Below are positions 19,820-29,525 of a DNA stretch of 64,000 nt, in pieces. A program made the position numbers and the translations under genes. Each line of letters starts with the position of its first letter. The first letter of the stretch is position 1. The DNA comes from Chloroflexota bacterium (GTDB lineage Bacteria; Chloroflexota; Limnocylindria; Limnocylindrales; CSP1-4): positions 5,988 through 69,987 of the forward strand of contig JBJOLT010000015.1 in NCBI GenBank assembly GCA_046045415.1. The letters are read 5' to 3'. The notes under the pieces were generated by a model. That model saw nothing but the letters and a program-made list of their open reading frames with translations. It made no database searches and was not told the DNA's origin.

Positions 19820-19864
19820 GGCGGGGGGAGGCCGGCGGAGGTGGTGGTCGAGATCGGTCGCATG

Positions 19865-21166
19865 CTACCGCATCGACCAGCCGGCGCCGAGCCTGAGGAC
19901 CTGACGCGGGCGGAGCTGCCGGCCGCGGGAGGTGTTCGTCGTGTCGACGACGAGCGAGGCCGTCGCATAGACCGCCGCCCAGTCGATCGCGGCATGGGGC
20001 GTGAGCGCCACGACGACATCCGATCCGGCGAGGAGCGGCTCGAGCGCCGTCGAGGTCCGCTCGGTCCCGGCGGCATCGGCGAAGCGAGGGACGTGCGGGT
20101 CGTGGTACTCGACCGCCGCGCCGCGCTCGGCGAGGAGCGCGATCACGTCCGCCGCCGGCGAGTTCCGGGGATCCCGGACGTCGGCCTTGAAGGCGACCCC
20201 GAGGACCCCCACCCGCGCTCCCTTGAGGGCGCGGCCGCGGTCGTTCAGCGCCTCGGCGACGAGGTCCGCGACGTGGCGCGGCATCGCGAGGTTGATGTCG
20301 CCGGCGAGCTCGACGAACCGGTCGACGAAGTCGAACTCGCGGGCCCGCCACGAGAGGTAGTAGGGATCGACCGGGATGCAGTGGCCGCCGACCCCCGGCC
20401 CGGGCCGGAACGGCATGAAGCCGAACGGCTTCGTCGCCGCCCCGTCGATCACCTCCCAGACGTCGAGCCCCATCCGCTCGCAGAGGAGGGCGAGCTGGTT
20501 GACGAGCGCGATGTTCACGTTCCGGAAGACGTTCTCGAGGAGCTTGGCGAGCTCGGCCGCGTCGGGCGAGCTCATCTCGACGACCGTCGCGTTGATCCGG
20601 CGGAGGAGCGTCGCCGCCCGGGCGGTCGCCGCGGGTCCGAGGCCGCCGACGAGCCGCGGGACGTCGCGCCGCGCGCTCGCCGGGTCGCCGGGGTTCACCC
20701 GCTCGGGTGCGAAGGCGAGGTCGAAGTCCCGGCCCGCGGCGAGTCCGCCCGCCTCGAGCGCGGCCCGGAACGGGCCGGTCGTCGTCCCGGGGAAGGTCGT
20801 CGACTGGAGGACGACGAGCTGGCCTCGCCGGAGCGAGCCGCGGACGAGCGCGGCGGCCGAGAGGACCGGCTCGAGATCGGGGTCCTTCGAGCGGGTGATC
20901 GGCGTGGGGACGCAGACGAAGAGCCCGTCGACCGCCCCGAGGTCGGCATCGTCGACGTGGGCGATCGACAGGCCGGTCCCGAGCGCCGCCCGGAGCCGCG
21001 CGTCGTCGACGTCGTCGATCGGCGAACGTCCCGCCGCCAGCTCGGCGACGCGCTCGCGGCTCGCATCGACGCCGACGACCTCGAGGCCCGCCTCGACGAA
21101 CGAGATCGCGAGCGGGAGCCCGACGTAGCCGAGCCCGACGATCGCGAGGCGCTGGTCGGCGGTCAT
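19865..21166 (-). CDS. Nucleotide-sugar (UDP-glucose/GDP-mannose family) 6-dehydrogenase
   Basis: 434 aa with an N-terminal Rossmann motif ([13 protein letters not shown]) and catalytic GGHCIPVDP. Confidence 0.85.
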   Translation of the reverse strand: MTADQRLAIVGLGYVGLPLAISFVEAGLEVVGVDASRERVAELAAGRSPIDDVDDARLRAALGTGLSIAHVDDADLGAVDGLFVCVPTPITRSKDPDLEPVLSAAALVRGSLRRGQLVVLQSTTFPGTTTGPFRAALEAGGLAAGRDFDLAFAPERVNPGDPASARRDVPRLVGGLGPAATARAATLLRRINATVVEMSSPDAAELAKLLENVFRNVNIALVNQLALLCERMGLDVWEVIDGAATKPFGFMPFRPGPGVGGHCIPVDPYYLSWRAREFDFVDRFVELAGDINLAMPRHVADLVAEALNDRGRALKGARVGVLGVAFKADVRDPRNSPAADVIALLAERGAAVEYHDPHVPRFADAAGTERTSTALEPLLAGSDVVVALTPHAAIDWAAVYATASLVVDTTNTSRGRQLRPRQVLRLGAGWSMR

Positions 21167-22380
21167 CCGGACGAGGATACCGGACGTCCCGGGCCGCTCA
21201 TCAGGCGATCGACGACCGCGAGGTAGCGCGGCGCCTCCGCCTCCCACGAGCGCTCCCGGGCGAGCGCGAGCGTCCGTCCGACCCGCGCCGCCCGCGCCTC
21301 GGGCTCGTCGACGAGCGAGAGGATCGCGGCGGCCATCGCGGCGGCGTCCCCCGGCTCGTACGCGAGGACGCTCCCGGGCGGGCAGGTCGCCTCGACCATC
21401 GGGAGCCGGGTCGCGACGACCGGCTTCCCCATCGCCGCGTACTCGAAGATCTTCGTGGAGAGGCTGACGTCCGTGAAGGCGTCGCGGCGGGTCGGGGCGA
21501 GCCCGACGTCGGCGGCCGCGAGGACGGCGGGGACCTCCTCGAGCGGGATCCGGCCGTGGAGGCGGACGCGGTCGGCGATCCCGCGCGCGGCGGCGAGGGC
21601 GGCGAGCGCGGGGGCGGTGTCGCCCCGGCCGTAGATGTCGAACACGAGCGCGAGCTCCGGGCGCCGCTCGCGGATGAGCGCGACCGCCTCGACGGCCACG
21701 TCGACCTCGTAGGTCGGCGTGAGGGCGCCCGCGTAGACGAGCCGGAGCGTCCCGTCGGCCATGAACGCGCGGACCGGATGGGCCGCGGGGTCGAAGCGGG
21801 CGAGGGCGGCGAGGTTCCGGACGACGCTCACCTTCCGCACCGGGACGCCGGCGGCGAGGAGCCGCGCCTCCAGCGCCTCGTTCACGACGAGGACCTCCGA
21901 TGCGATCGCGACGGCGAGCCGCTCCTGGAGGACGAGGAGCGCGTGGGCGACGGGGTTCGCGGCCGCCGGGAAGCGGCTCCGGAAGAACTCGGGCATCGCC
22001 TCGTGGAAGTCGACGAGGAGCGGGACCCCGGCGAGCCGGAGCGGGAGCGCCGCGGCCGCGAGCAGGTCGGGGATCGTGTGGACCTGGACGAGCCCGTACC
22101 GGCGGCGGCGGTGCGCCCGGACGAGCGCGATCGTCGAGCGGACGAGGAAGTCGAGGTACTCGGCGGCGTACCGGCCGATCCCCGCCCCCTGGTGGCGCTG
22201 GACCCCGAGCCGGGCGACCCGGACCCCGGCGATCGTCGCCTCCGACGGCTCCCCCGGCCGCCGGAGCGCGATGACGTCGACCTCGCGGCCGGCGGCGACG
22301 AGCGCCTCGGCCTCGCGCCTGACGCGCGGATCCTCGTCGTAGTACGAGTGGACGATCATGCAGACCGGCGGGCGGCTCAC
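21163..22380 (-). CDS. Glycosyltransferase family 4
   Basis: 405 aa with a GT-B fold and a C-terminal GT4 donor-binding region ([18 protein letters not shown]). ATGA overlap with the dehydrogenase start. Confidence 0.8.
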   Translation of the reverse strand: MSRPPVCMIVHSYYDEDPRVRREAEALVAAGREVDVIALRRPGEPSEATIAGVRVARLGVQRHQGAGIGRYAAEYLDFLVRSTIALVRAHRRRRYGLVQVHTIPDLLAAAALPLRLAGVPLLVDFHEAMPEFFRSRFPAAANPVAHALLVLQERLAVAIASEVLVVNEALEARLLAAGVPVRKVSVVRNLAALARFDPAAHPVRAFMADGTLRLVYAGALTPTYEVDVAVEAVALIRERRPELALVFDIYGRGDTAPALAALAAARGIADRVRLHGRIPLEEVPAVLAAADVGLAPTRRDAFTDVSLSTKIFEYAAMGKPVVATRLPMVEATCPPGSVLAYEPGDAAAMAAAILSLVDEPEARAARVGRTLALARERSWEAEAPRYLAVVDRLMSGPGRPVSSSG

Positions 22381-22440
22381 CCGCTGATGCTATCGGCTCG
22401 GCCGCCGCCACCGTGCGGGGGCGTGCTACCGTGCGCGCCG

Positions 22441-23334
22441 ATGGAGAGAAGCCCCGCGCCGGCCGCCGAGGACGGCGTCGCGCTCCGCTCGACCGCCGAC
22501 CGGCCGGGACCGCTCGGGCTGATCCGCGAGGCGATCGCCGAGACCGCGTCCCGCCGCCGGCTGATCCGCTACCTCGTCCAGGCGGACCTGAAGAAGAAGG
22601 GGTCGGACACCCTCCTCGGGAACGTCTGGTGGATCCTCGACCCGCTCCTCCAGATGGCGGTCTACGTCGTCCTCGTCACCGTCATCTTCCAGCGGACGGT
22701 CCCGGACTACCCGCTCTTCATCTTCGCGGCGATCCTCCCGTGGAAGTGGTACACGAGCAGCGTGAGCGACGCGATCGGCTCGGTCGTCGGCCAGGAGCGG
22801 CTCATCAAGCAGATCCACTTCCCGAAGCTGATCCTCCCGACCGCGACGACGGTCGCGGGGATCGCGAACTTCGGCTTCGGGCTCGTCGCCCTCGCCGGGC
22901 TCCTCGTCGTCTTCTACGCGGACCGCGCGTCGCCGTACCTCCTCCTCCTCCCGGCGATCGCCGCGGTCCAGCTCGTCCTGACGCTCGCGGTCGCGTACGT
23001 CGTCTCCGCCGTGAACGTCTTCTTCCGCGACGTCGCGAACGTGAGCCGGCACGCGCTCCGGATCTGGTTCTACCTCTCGCCCGGGCTCTACGGCGCCGAC
23101 GCGATCGAGGCGCTCAGCGAGACGAACCCGCTCGTCGCCGACCTCATGCGGCTCAACCCGTTCTACACGCTCTTCGAGTCGTACCGGGCGGTGATCTACG
23201 GGACGGCGGCCGGCGGGCCGACGAGCCCGCCGTGGGCGGAGCTCGCCGCGTGGGGCCTCGGTTCGGTCGTCCTCCTCGCGCTCGCGACGTTCGTCTTCAA
23301 GCGGCTCGAGCCCGCGTTCGCGAAGGTCCTCTGA
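22441..23334 (+). CDS. ABC-2 type polysaccharide/teichoic-acid export permease (Wzm/TagG/KpsM-like)
   Basis: 297 aa, 6 TM, ABC-2 family. Confidence 0.8.
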   Translation: MERSPAPAAEDGVALRSTADRPGPLGLIREAIAETASRRRLIRYLVQADLKKKGSDTLLGNVWWILDPLLQMAVYVVLVTVIFQRTVPDYPLFIFAAILPWKWYTSSVSDAIGSVVGQERLIKQIHFPKLILPTATTVAGIANFGFGLVALAGLLVVFYADRASPYLLLLPAIAAVQLVLTLAVAYVVSAVNVFFRDVANVSRHALRIWFYLSPGLYGADAIEALSETNPLVADLMRLNPFYTLFESYRAVIYGTAAGGPTSPPWAELAAWGLGSVVLLALATFVFKRLEPAFAKVL

Positions 23335-24179
23335 TGGCCGACGAGCGACTCCATCCCGACGCGGTCGACGCGACCGCCCCGACGGTGATCGACGTCCATG
23401 GGCTCGGCGTCCGCTACAGCCTTCGGCTGACCCGTCGGAACACCGTCCGGCAGTCCTTCGCGAACCTGCTGAAGCCGCGCGAGGGCCCGACCGACTTCTG
23501 GGCGCTCCGCGACGTGACGTTCCGGCTGATGCGGGGCGAGTCGCTCGCGGTGATCGGGCCGAACGGCGCCGGGAAGTCGACGCTCCTCCAGGCGCTCGCC
23601 GGGATCATCACGCCGTCCGAGGGGGAGATCGCCGTCCGCGGCCAGATCTCGAGCCTCCTGACGCTCGGCGCCGGCTTCGACGCGGAGCTGAGCGGGCGCG
23701 ACAACATCATGCTCGCCGGCGCGTTCATGGGGATGGACCACCGGGAGATCGAGCGGCGGATCGACGGGATCATCGCGTTCGCGGACATCGGCCAGTTCAT
23801 CGACGCCCCGATCAAGACGTACTCGTCCGGGATGCGGGCGCGGCTCGGCTTCTCGATCGCGACCTCGGTCGACCCGGACATCCTCCTCCTCGACGAGGTC
23901 CTCGCGACCGGCGACCAGGTCTTCCGGGCGAAGTCGCAGGCGCGGGTCCTCGAGCTCGTCCGCGCGGCGAAGGGGATCGTCCTCGTGACCCACGACATGA
24001 ACTGGGTGACCGAGTTCTGCAACCGGGCGCTCCTCCTCGAGGGAGGCCGGATCGTCGCCGAGGGGGATCCGGCGGAGATCGTCGCGATCCACCGCGAGCA
24101 CTCCGAGCGGGTGAAGGCCGAGAAGCTCGCCGAGGCGGCGCGGCTCCTCGCGGGCGCGCGCGAGGGCGGCGGCCGCTAG
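23334..24179 (+). CDS. Polysaccharide/teichoic-acid export ABC ATP-binding protein (Wzt/TagH-like)
   Basis: Walker A GPNGAGKST, signature YSSGM, Walker B LLLDE. TGATG overlap with wzm. Confidence 0.85.
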   Translation: MADERLHPDAVDATAPTVIDVHGLGVRYSLRLTRRNTVRQSFANLLKPREGPTDFWALRDVTFRLMRGESLAVIGPNGAGKSTLLQALAGIITPSEGEIAVRGQISSLLTLGAGFDAELSGRDNIMLAGAFMGMDHREIERRIDGIIAFADIGQFIDAPIKTYSSGMRARLGFSIATSVDPDILLLDEVLATGDQVFRAKSQARVLELVRAAKGIVLVTHDMNWVTEFCNRALLLEGGRIVAEGDPAEIVAIHREHSERVKAEKLAEAARLLAGAREGGGR

Positions 24180-25519
24180 GCCGGGACCGGCGGGCGCCCG
24201 CCCGCGGGCGGCGGGGCGTCAAGAGGCGGCGGCGCGTCGCGGGGCGGCGGGGGGACGAGCCGTGCCGCGAGCGCGAGGTACGGGACGACGGCGGTCTCCC
24301 AGTTGTACCGCTCCCTGGCGGCGGCGAGCGCGCGGGCCCGCATCGCCTCGCGCTCGTCCGACGGGGCCTCGAGGACCGCTCGGAGCGCCCGCCGCAGGTC
24401 GGCGACGTCGCCCGGGTCCGCGACCGCGCCGATCCGCTCCGCCTCGAGGATCGAGCGCATCACCTCGAGGTCGCGGCCGAGGACGATCGGGGTCCCCGCG
24501 GCGAGCGACTCCCAGAACTTGTTCGGCGTCGAGAGCCGCTGGTTCAGCGAGCCCGCGGGGACGGCGATGATCGTCGCGTCGGCGGAGGCGGTCCAGGCCG
24601 GGACGTCGTCGGGGTGCACCGGCGGGAGCGTCACGTGGCGGCCGGCGTAGCGCGGGTCGCGGTCGCGCTCGCGGAGCCGCTCCGCCCACGGCCCGAAGCC
24701 CAGCATGACGAGCGCCGCGTCCTCGAGGCCGAGGACCGCCTCGGCGGCCTCCTCGAGCCCGCGCTCTCGGCCGAGCCGCCCGAGCCAGAGGACGACGCGC
24801 CGCTCCGGCGGGAGTCCGGCCGCCGCGCGGATGAGGTCGGGCCGGCGCGCGGGCGGGTCCCATCGCGGCTGGCAGTTCGCGAGGACGGTCGGGCGGGTCC
24901 GGACCGGCCAGGTCGCCGCGAGGTGGTCGGCGAGCGGCTCGTTCACGGTCACGACCGCGTCGGCGCGCCGGACCCAGCCCCGCTCCCGTGCCGCGTAGGC
25001 GGCGACGAGCGGGCGCGGCAGCCCGGCGACGTTGTTCGACTCGAGGATCACGTCGATCACGTCGTAGACGACCCGGCCCTCGCGGCCCGCGCGGCGCGCG
25101 GCCGCGGCGAGCGGGAGCGCCACCCCGACGGTGAGGATCCCGCACGCGTGGTAGAGATCGGCCGGCGGCAGCTCCGCGCGGAGCGCCGCCCACCAGCCGC
25201 GGGCGTTGAGCGGCCAGGCGAGCGCCTTGGCGGCGACGTCGACGAGCCGTCGGATCGCCGCGAGCGGCCCGCGCCGACGGCCGCGCGAGCCGGTGGCGGC
25301 GCCGACCGCGTACCGGGCGAACGGGCCGCGCGGACGGTAGCGGCGGATGACGACCCCGGAGCGGCCGTCACGCTCCGTCTCGGGGACCTCGGGGCGCGCG
25401 GCCTCCGCGAGCGCGGCGATCTCCACCTCGAACCCGGCCCCCTCGAGACTCCGGGCGACGCGGAGGCCGCGCGAATAGGGAGCGGCGGCGTTCGCGACGA
25501 GGACGACGGCGCGCCGCAC
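24176..25519 (-). CDS. Glycosyltransferase, GT-B (GT4-like), paralog 1 of a tandem triplet
   Basis: 448 aa. The C-terminal motif GSLNQRLSTPNKFWESLAAGTPIV is shared with the two upstream paralogs. A GTG start was chosen; it overlaps the wzt stop via CTAG. Confidence 0.7.
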   Translation of the reverse strand: MRRAVVLVANAAAPYSRGLRVARSLEGAGFEVEIAALAEAARPEVPETERDGRSGVVIRRYRPRGPFARYAVGAATGSRGRRRGPLAAIRRLVDVAAKALAWPLNARGWWAALRAELPPADLYHACGILTVGVALPLAAAARRAGREGRVVYDVIDVILESNNVAGLPRPLVAAYAARERGWVRRADAVVTVNEPLADHLAATWPVRTRPTVLANCQPRWDPPARRPDLIRAAAGLPPERRVVLWLGRLGRERGLEEAAEAVLGLEDAALVMLGFGPWAERLRERDRDPRYAGRHVTLPPVHPDDVPAWTASADATIIAVPAGSLNQRLSTPNKFWESLAAGTPIVLGRDLEVMRSILEAERIGAVADPGDVADLRRALRAVLEAPSDEREAMRARALAAARERYNWETAVVPYLALAARLVPPPPRDAPPPLDAPPPAGGRPPVPA

Positions 25520-25575
25520 GGGCGGGGGCGCCGGCGGCGGGGCGACCGGGCGGGGGGCGCGACCGGCGGGGCCGC

Positions 25576-26973
25576 TCACCACGGCCGTCCGGTCAGACGC
25601 CCGTACTCCTCGACGAGGAGTCCCATCTGGCGTTCCCACGAGTACGGGCCGTGCGCCGCGGCGAGGGCGCGGTCGCGGAGCGCGCGCCGCTCCGCCGGCG
25701 GCGCGTCGAGGATCGCCCGGATCGCCGCCGCGATCGCCGCGGGGTCGGTGGGGTCGACGAGCCGGCCGCAGCCGGTCTCCCGGACGATCGCCGCCATCCC
25801 GGGGAGGTCGCTCGCGACGACCGGGACCCCGGCCGCCATCGCCTCGAAGAGCTTGTTCGGCGTCGTCAGCCGGTGGTTGAGCGTCGAGGGCTGGATCGGC
25901 ATCGCGACGACGTCGGCCGCCGCGACCCAGCCGAGGAGCTCCGCCGGCGGGACCGCGGGGAGGAGCCGGACGCGCCCGGCCGCGGGGCCGGCCGGATCCG
26001 CCGCGATCCGCTCCAGCTCCCCGGCGAGCGGCCCGTACCCGAGGAGGACGAGCACCGCGTCCGGGACCCCGCCGATCGCGGCGACGAGCTGCTCGATCCC
26101 GCGATGCGGCGCCAGCCCGCCCTGGTAGAGGACGACGCGCGTCCCGGCGGCGAGTCCGAGCGCTTCGTGGAAGCGGCGCACGGGCGGGTCGCCGGGGTCG
26201 AAGCGGTACGAGCAGTTCATGACGATCGCCGGGAGCGGGACGCCGAAGCGGTCGGCCATCACCTCCGCGTACGGCCGGTTGACCGTCATCACCCGGTCCG
26301 CGCGGCGGGCCCAGCCGCGCTCGACCCGGCCGAGGAGCCGGCGCGCCGGACCGGGGAGACGCGCGAGGTTGTTCGCATCGACGTAGATGTCGCGCGCGTC
26401 GTAGACGACCCGGCCGCCGCGGGCGGCGGCGACCGCGAGCGCGACCGGGATCCCCATGTACGCCATCCCGTGGACGACGTCGGCCGGTGGGGCGACCGCC
26501 CGGGCGGCACGTGCCTGGGACCGGACGGTGAGCGCGATCGCGGCGATCCGGACGGCGGCCGCCACCGCGCGCCGGAGCCGGCCGCGGGACGCGACGCGGG
26601 ATGGCGCGGCGGCCGCCACGCCCGTCGCCGCGGCGTCCGTCGCCGCCGCGTCCGTCGTCGCCGCGCCCGTCGCCGCGGCGCGTCGCCCGGAGCGCCACCG
26701 GGCGACGGCTCGCCGGATCGGGGCCGGGAGCGGAAGGCCGTCCGCGGCGGAGACGGGAAGACGGACGATCCGGTAGCCGGCCGGATCGCGCGCCTCGGCG
26801 GGGAGGCCCGGCGCGAGCCGCGCGAGGACGGTCACCTCGTGGCCGCGGGCGGCGAGCGCGCTCGCGATCCGGAAGGTCCGTGAGTCGAACTCGCCGGTCG
26901 TCGGGAGGACGATCGTGCAGCGCTGCGGGACCGGCGCGTTCGAGCCGTCCGCCGCGGCGCGTCCCCCGCTCAC
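25576..26973 (-). CDS. Glycosyltransferase, GT-B (GT4-like), paralog 2 of a tandem triplet
   Basis: 466 aa (STLNHRLTTPNKLFEAMAAGVPVVASDLPGM). The GTG start overlaps the stop of paralog 3 (GTGA). Confidence 0.7.
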   Translation of the reverse strand: MSGGRAAADGSNAPVPQRCTIVLPTTGEFDSRTFRIASALAARGHEVTVLARLAPGLPAEARDPAGYRIVRLPVSAADGLPLPAPIRRAVARWRSGRRAAATGAATTDAAATDAAATGVAAAAPSRVASRGRLRRAVAAAVRIAAIALTVRSQARAARAVAPPADVVHGMAYMGIPVALAVAAARGGRVVYDARDIYVDANNLARLPGPARRLLGRVERGWARRADRVMTVNRPYAEVMADRFGVPLPAIVMNCSYRFDPGDPPVRRFHEALGLAAGTRVVLYQGGLAPHRGIEQLVAAIGGVPDAVLVLLGYGPLAGELERIAADPAGPAAGRVRLLPAVPPAELLGWVAAADVVAMPIQPSTLNHRLTTPNKLFEAMAAGVPVVASDLPGMAAIVRETGCGRLVDPTDPAAIAAAIRAILDAPPAERRALRDRALAAAHGPYSWERQMGLLVEEYGRLTGRPW

Positions 26974-28382
26974 GCCGTCGTCCGCACCGGCCCGGCCGCC
27001 GTGAGCTCCTCGTAGAGCCGGATCAGCCCGGCCGATTCGGTCTCCCAGTTCCAGCGACCGTGCGCGGCCGCGAGGCAGCGCGCCCGGAGCGTCGCCATCC
27101 CGTCCGGGGGCAGGGCGAGGAGCTCGGCGATCCCCCGGGCGAGCGCCGGGACCGACGCGGGGTCGCAGACGACCCCGAGCGGGCCCGCCGGGTCGCCGAG
27201 GACGATCCGCCGCATCTCGGGGAAGTCGCTCGCGACGACCGGGACGCCGGCCGCGAGGCACTCGAAGAGCTTGTTCGGCGTCGAGAGCGCGTGGTTGAGC
27301 GTCGAGGCCTGGATGGCGACGACACCGACGTCGGCGCCGGCGACCCACTCGACGAGCTCGTCGGGCGGGACGGCGTCGAGGACGTGGAGCCGACCGCCGT
27401 AGCGGGGGTCCGCCGCGGCGCGGTCGAGGTCCTCGCGCATCCGCCCGTAGCCGAGGTAGACCGCGTGGACCCGCTCGAGGCCCGGCTCGAGGATCGCGGC
27501 CGCGAGCTCCTCCAGCCCGCGGTGCGCCGAGAAGCCGCCGTGATAGAGCGCGATCGGCTCACCGGCGGGGACCCCGGCGGCGGTCCTCAGCAGGTCGCGC
27601 CGCTCGATCCGACGCTCGTGGCGGGCCGGCGTGTTGTGGAGGACGACGGTCCGCCGGGGCGCGTACCGGCGCCCGAGCTCCTCCGCGAGCGAGACGTTCA
27701 CGGTCACGAGCGCGTCGGCGGCCGCGACCCAGCGCGCCTCGAGGCGCCGGAACCGGTCGCGGATCCAGCGTGGCCGGTGGGCGTTCGTCCCCGACTCGAG
27801 GAAGATCTCGTGGCTGTCGTAGACGACGCGGCCGCCGTTCCGCGCCGCGGCCCGGAGCGCGGCCGGGAGACCCGTCAGGTCGTGCCCGTGGTAGACGTCG
27901 GCGAGCGGCGCCGCCCGGGCCGCGGCGTCCGCCCAGCCGAGGATCGCGAAGCGCCAGCGGACGAGCCAGTCGAGCAGCGTCCCGCCGGGCGGCTGCGGCC
28001 TCCCGCGCCCCCACGCGAGGTACCACGCGCCGCGGACGACGACCCACGGCATCGCGACGACGGCGAGGGCGGCCGCCGCGGCCGCGTTCAGGAGCCCGAT
28101 CGGGAAGCGGCCGAGCGCGTGCCGGAGCCGGAAGAGGAGCCACGAGCGGGCCCGCCACGGGTAGCGCGCCCAGATCCACCAGCGTCGCCACGCGTGCGGG
28201 ATCGGGACGCGGACGATCTCGACGCCGTCGCGCGTCTCGCGGTCACCCACCCGCGCCGCCGGGTCGGTCGGGCGGGCGAGGATCGTCACCTCGTGACCGG
28301 CCGCGGCGAGCGTCCCCGCCTCGCGGAGCACCCGCGCGTCGGTCCGGCAGTCGTTGAAGACGAACATGACGACGCGGCTCAT
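26970..28382 (-). CDS. Glycosyltransferase, GT-B (GT4-like), paralog 3 of a tandem triplet, with a Trp-rich amphipathic insert
   Basis: 471 aa starting MSRVVMFVFNDCRTD (STLNHALSTPNKLFECLAAGVPVVASDFPEM). The N-domain carries a W-rich insert, WRRWWIWARYPWRARSWLLFRL. Confidence 0.75.
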   Translation of the reverse strand: MSRVVMFVFNDCRTDARVLREAGTLAAAGHEVTILARPTDPAARVGDRETRDGVEIVRVPIPHAWRRWWIWARYPWRARSWLLFRLRHALGRFPIGLLNAAAAAALAVVAMPWVVVRGAWYLAWGRGRPQPPGGTLLDWLVRWRFAILGWADAAARAAPLADVYHGHDLTGLPAALRAAARNGGRVVYDSHEIFLESGTNAHRPRWIRDRFRRLEARWVAAADALVTVNVSLAEELGRRYAPRRTVVLHNTPARHERRIERRDLLRTAAGVPAGEPIALYHGGFSAHRGLEELAAAILEPGLERVHAVYLGYGRMREDLDRAAADPRYGGRLHVLDAVPPDELVEWVAGADVGVVAIQASTLNHALSTPNKLFECLAAGVPVVASDFPEMRRIVLGDPAGPLGVVCDPASVPALARGIAELLALPPDGMATLRARCLAAAHGRWNWETESAGLIRLYEELTAAGPVRTTA

Positions 28383-29497
28383 CGGACGCCACCGGCCTCG
28401 AGCGCCGTGACGATCGCCTCGGCCGCTCCGGCCGGCGCGAGGGCGACGGTCGCGGCCCGCTCCCGTGCCGCGGCCGGGGCCGACGACGGCGGTGCGAGGC
28501 GATCGAGCGCCGCGACGGCGAGCGCCGCATCGCGGCCGACGAGGACCGTCAGCCCGCGCGGATCGGCAGCCGCCTCGACCCACTCGGTCGTCCCGCGGAG
28601 CACGAGGCACGGCACCGCGAGCCAGGCGGCCTCGCGCTGGACGCCGCCGGAATCCGTGAGGACGGCGGCGGCGTGGAGCTGCAGGGCGAGCGAGGTCCGG
28701 TAGCCCTGCGGCTCGAGGATCGCGACGCTCGCGGGGAGCTCGATCCCGGCGGCGTCGAGCGCCGCCCGGGTCCCCGGGTGGAGCGCGAGGACGACGGGCC
28801 GCTCCGGGGTGGCGACGGCGGCGAGGAGCGCGCTCCAGCCGCGGAGCGCCGCCTCGTCGCGGTTCTCGGCGCGGTGGACCGTCGCGAAGCAGTAGCCGCC
28901 CGGCCGGAGCGGGATCCCGAGGCGCTCCCCGATCGCGGCGACGGGCGCCGGGTCGCGGATCGCCGCGAGCGTCCGTGCCGCGAGATCCTGCATCAGGTCG
29001 CCGACGAGCGTGACGCCCTCCCCGATCCGTTCGGCCTCGAGGTTCGCGACGGCCGCCGGGGTCGGGGCGAAGCGCCAGCGGGCGAGGTGATCGGCGACGA
29101 TCCGGTTCCGCTCCTCCGGCATCGCCCGGTCGAAGCTCCGGAGCCCCGCCTCGACGTGCGCGAGCGGGATCCCCGCCCGGGTCGCGGCGAGCGCCCCGGC
29201 GAGCGTCGAGTTCGTGTCGCCGTAGACGAGGACCGCGTCCGGGCGCCACTCGGCGAGGAGCGGGTCGAGCGCGTCGAGCATCCGGGCGACCTGCTCGCCG
29301 GCCGTCCCGCCGCCGATCCCGAGGGAGCGGTCGGGCTTCGGGAGGCCGAGCTCGGCGAAGAAGGCGCCGGCCATCGCCTCGTCGTAGTGCTGGCCGGTGT
29401 CGACGAAGCGCTCGTCATGGCGTGCGCGGAGGACCGGGCCGAGCGCCGCCGCCTTGATCAACTGGGGGCGCGTCCCGAGGACGCTGACGATCCGCAC
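28379..29497 (-). CDS. UDP-N-acetylglucosamine 2-epimerase (non-hydrolysing; WecB/WbpI-like)
   Basis: 372 aa aligning along its whole length to the WecB family. ATGA overlap with paralog 3. Confidence 0.85.
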   Translation of the reverse strand: MRIVSVLGTRPQLIKAAALGPVLRARHDERFVDTGQHYDEAMAGAFFAELGLPKPDRSLGIGGGTAGEQVARMLDALDPLLAEWRPDAVLVYGDTNSTLAGALAATRAGIPLAHVEAGLRSFDRAMPEERNRIVADHLARWRFAPTPAAVANLEAERIGEGVTLVGDLMQDLAARTLAAIRDPAPVAAIGERLGIPLRPGGYCFATVHRAENRDEAALRGWSALLAAVATPERPVVLALHPGTRAALDAAGIELPASVAILEPQGYRTSLALQLHAAAVLTDSGGVQREAAWLAVPCLVLRGTTEWVEAAADPRGLTVLVGRDAALAVAALDRLAPPSSAPAAARERAATVALAPAGAAEAIVTALEAGGVR

Positions 29498-29525
29498 GCG
29501 GAGAGCCTACCCGCCGCCGGGCGGG

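Noticed and set aside
16191-21226. Very long ORFs (1386 aa on the minus strand at 16191..20351; 1378 aa on the plus strand at 17090..21226) and dozens of other several-hundred-aa ORFs rich in R/G/D/E/P on strands or frames opposite the called genes
   Set aside because: Typical open-frame inflation in ~74% GC DNA. They have no recognisable domains and extreme low-complexity composition. Each is fully shadowed by a gene with clear family similarity in another frame or strand.
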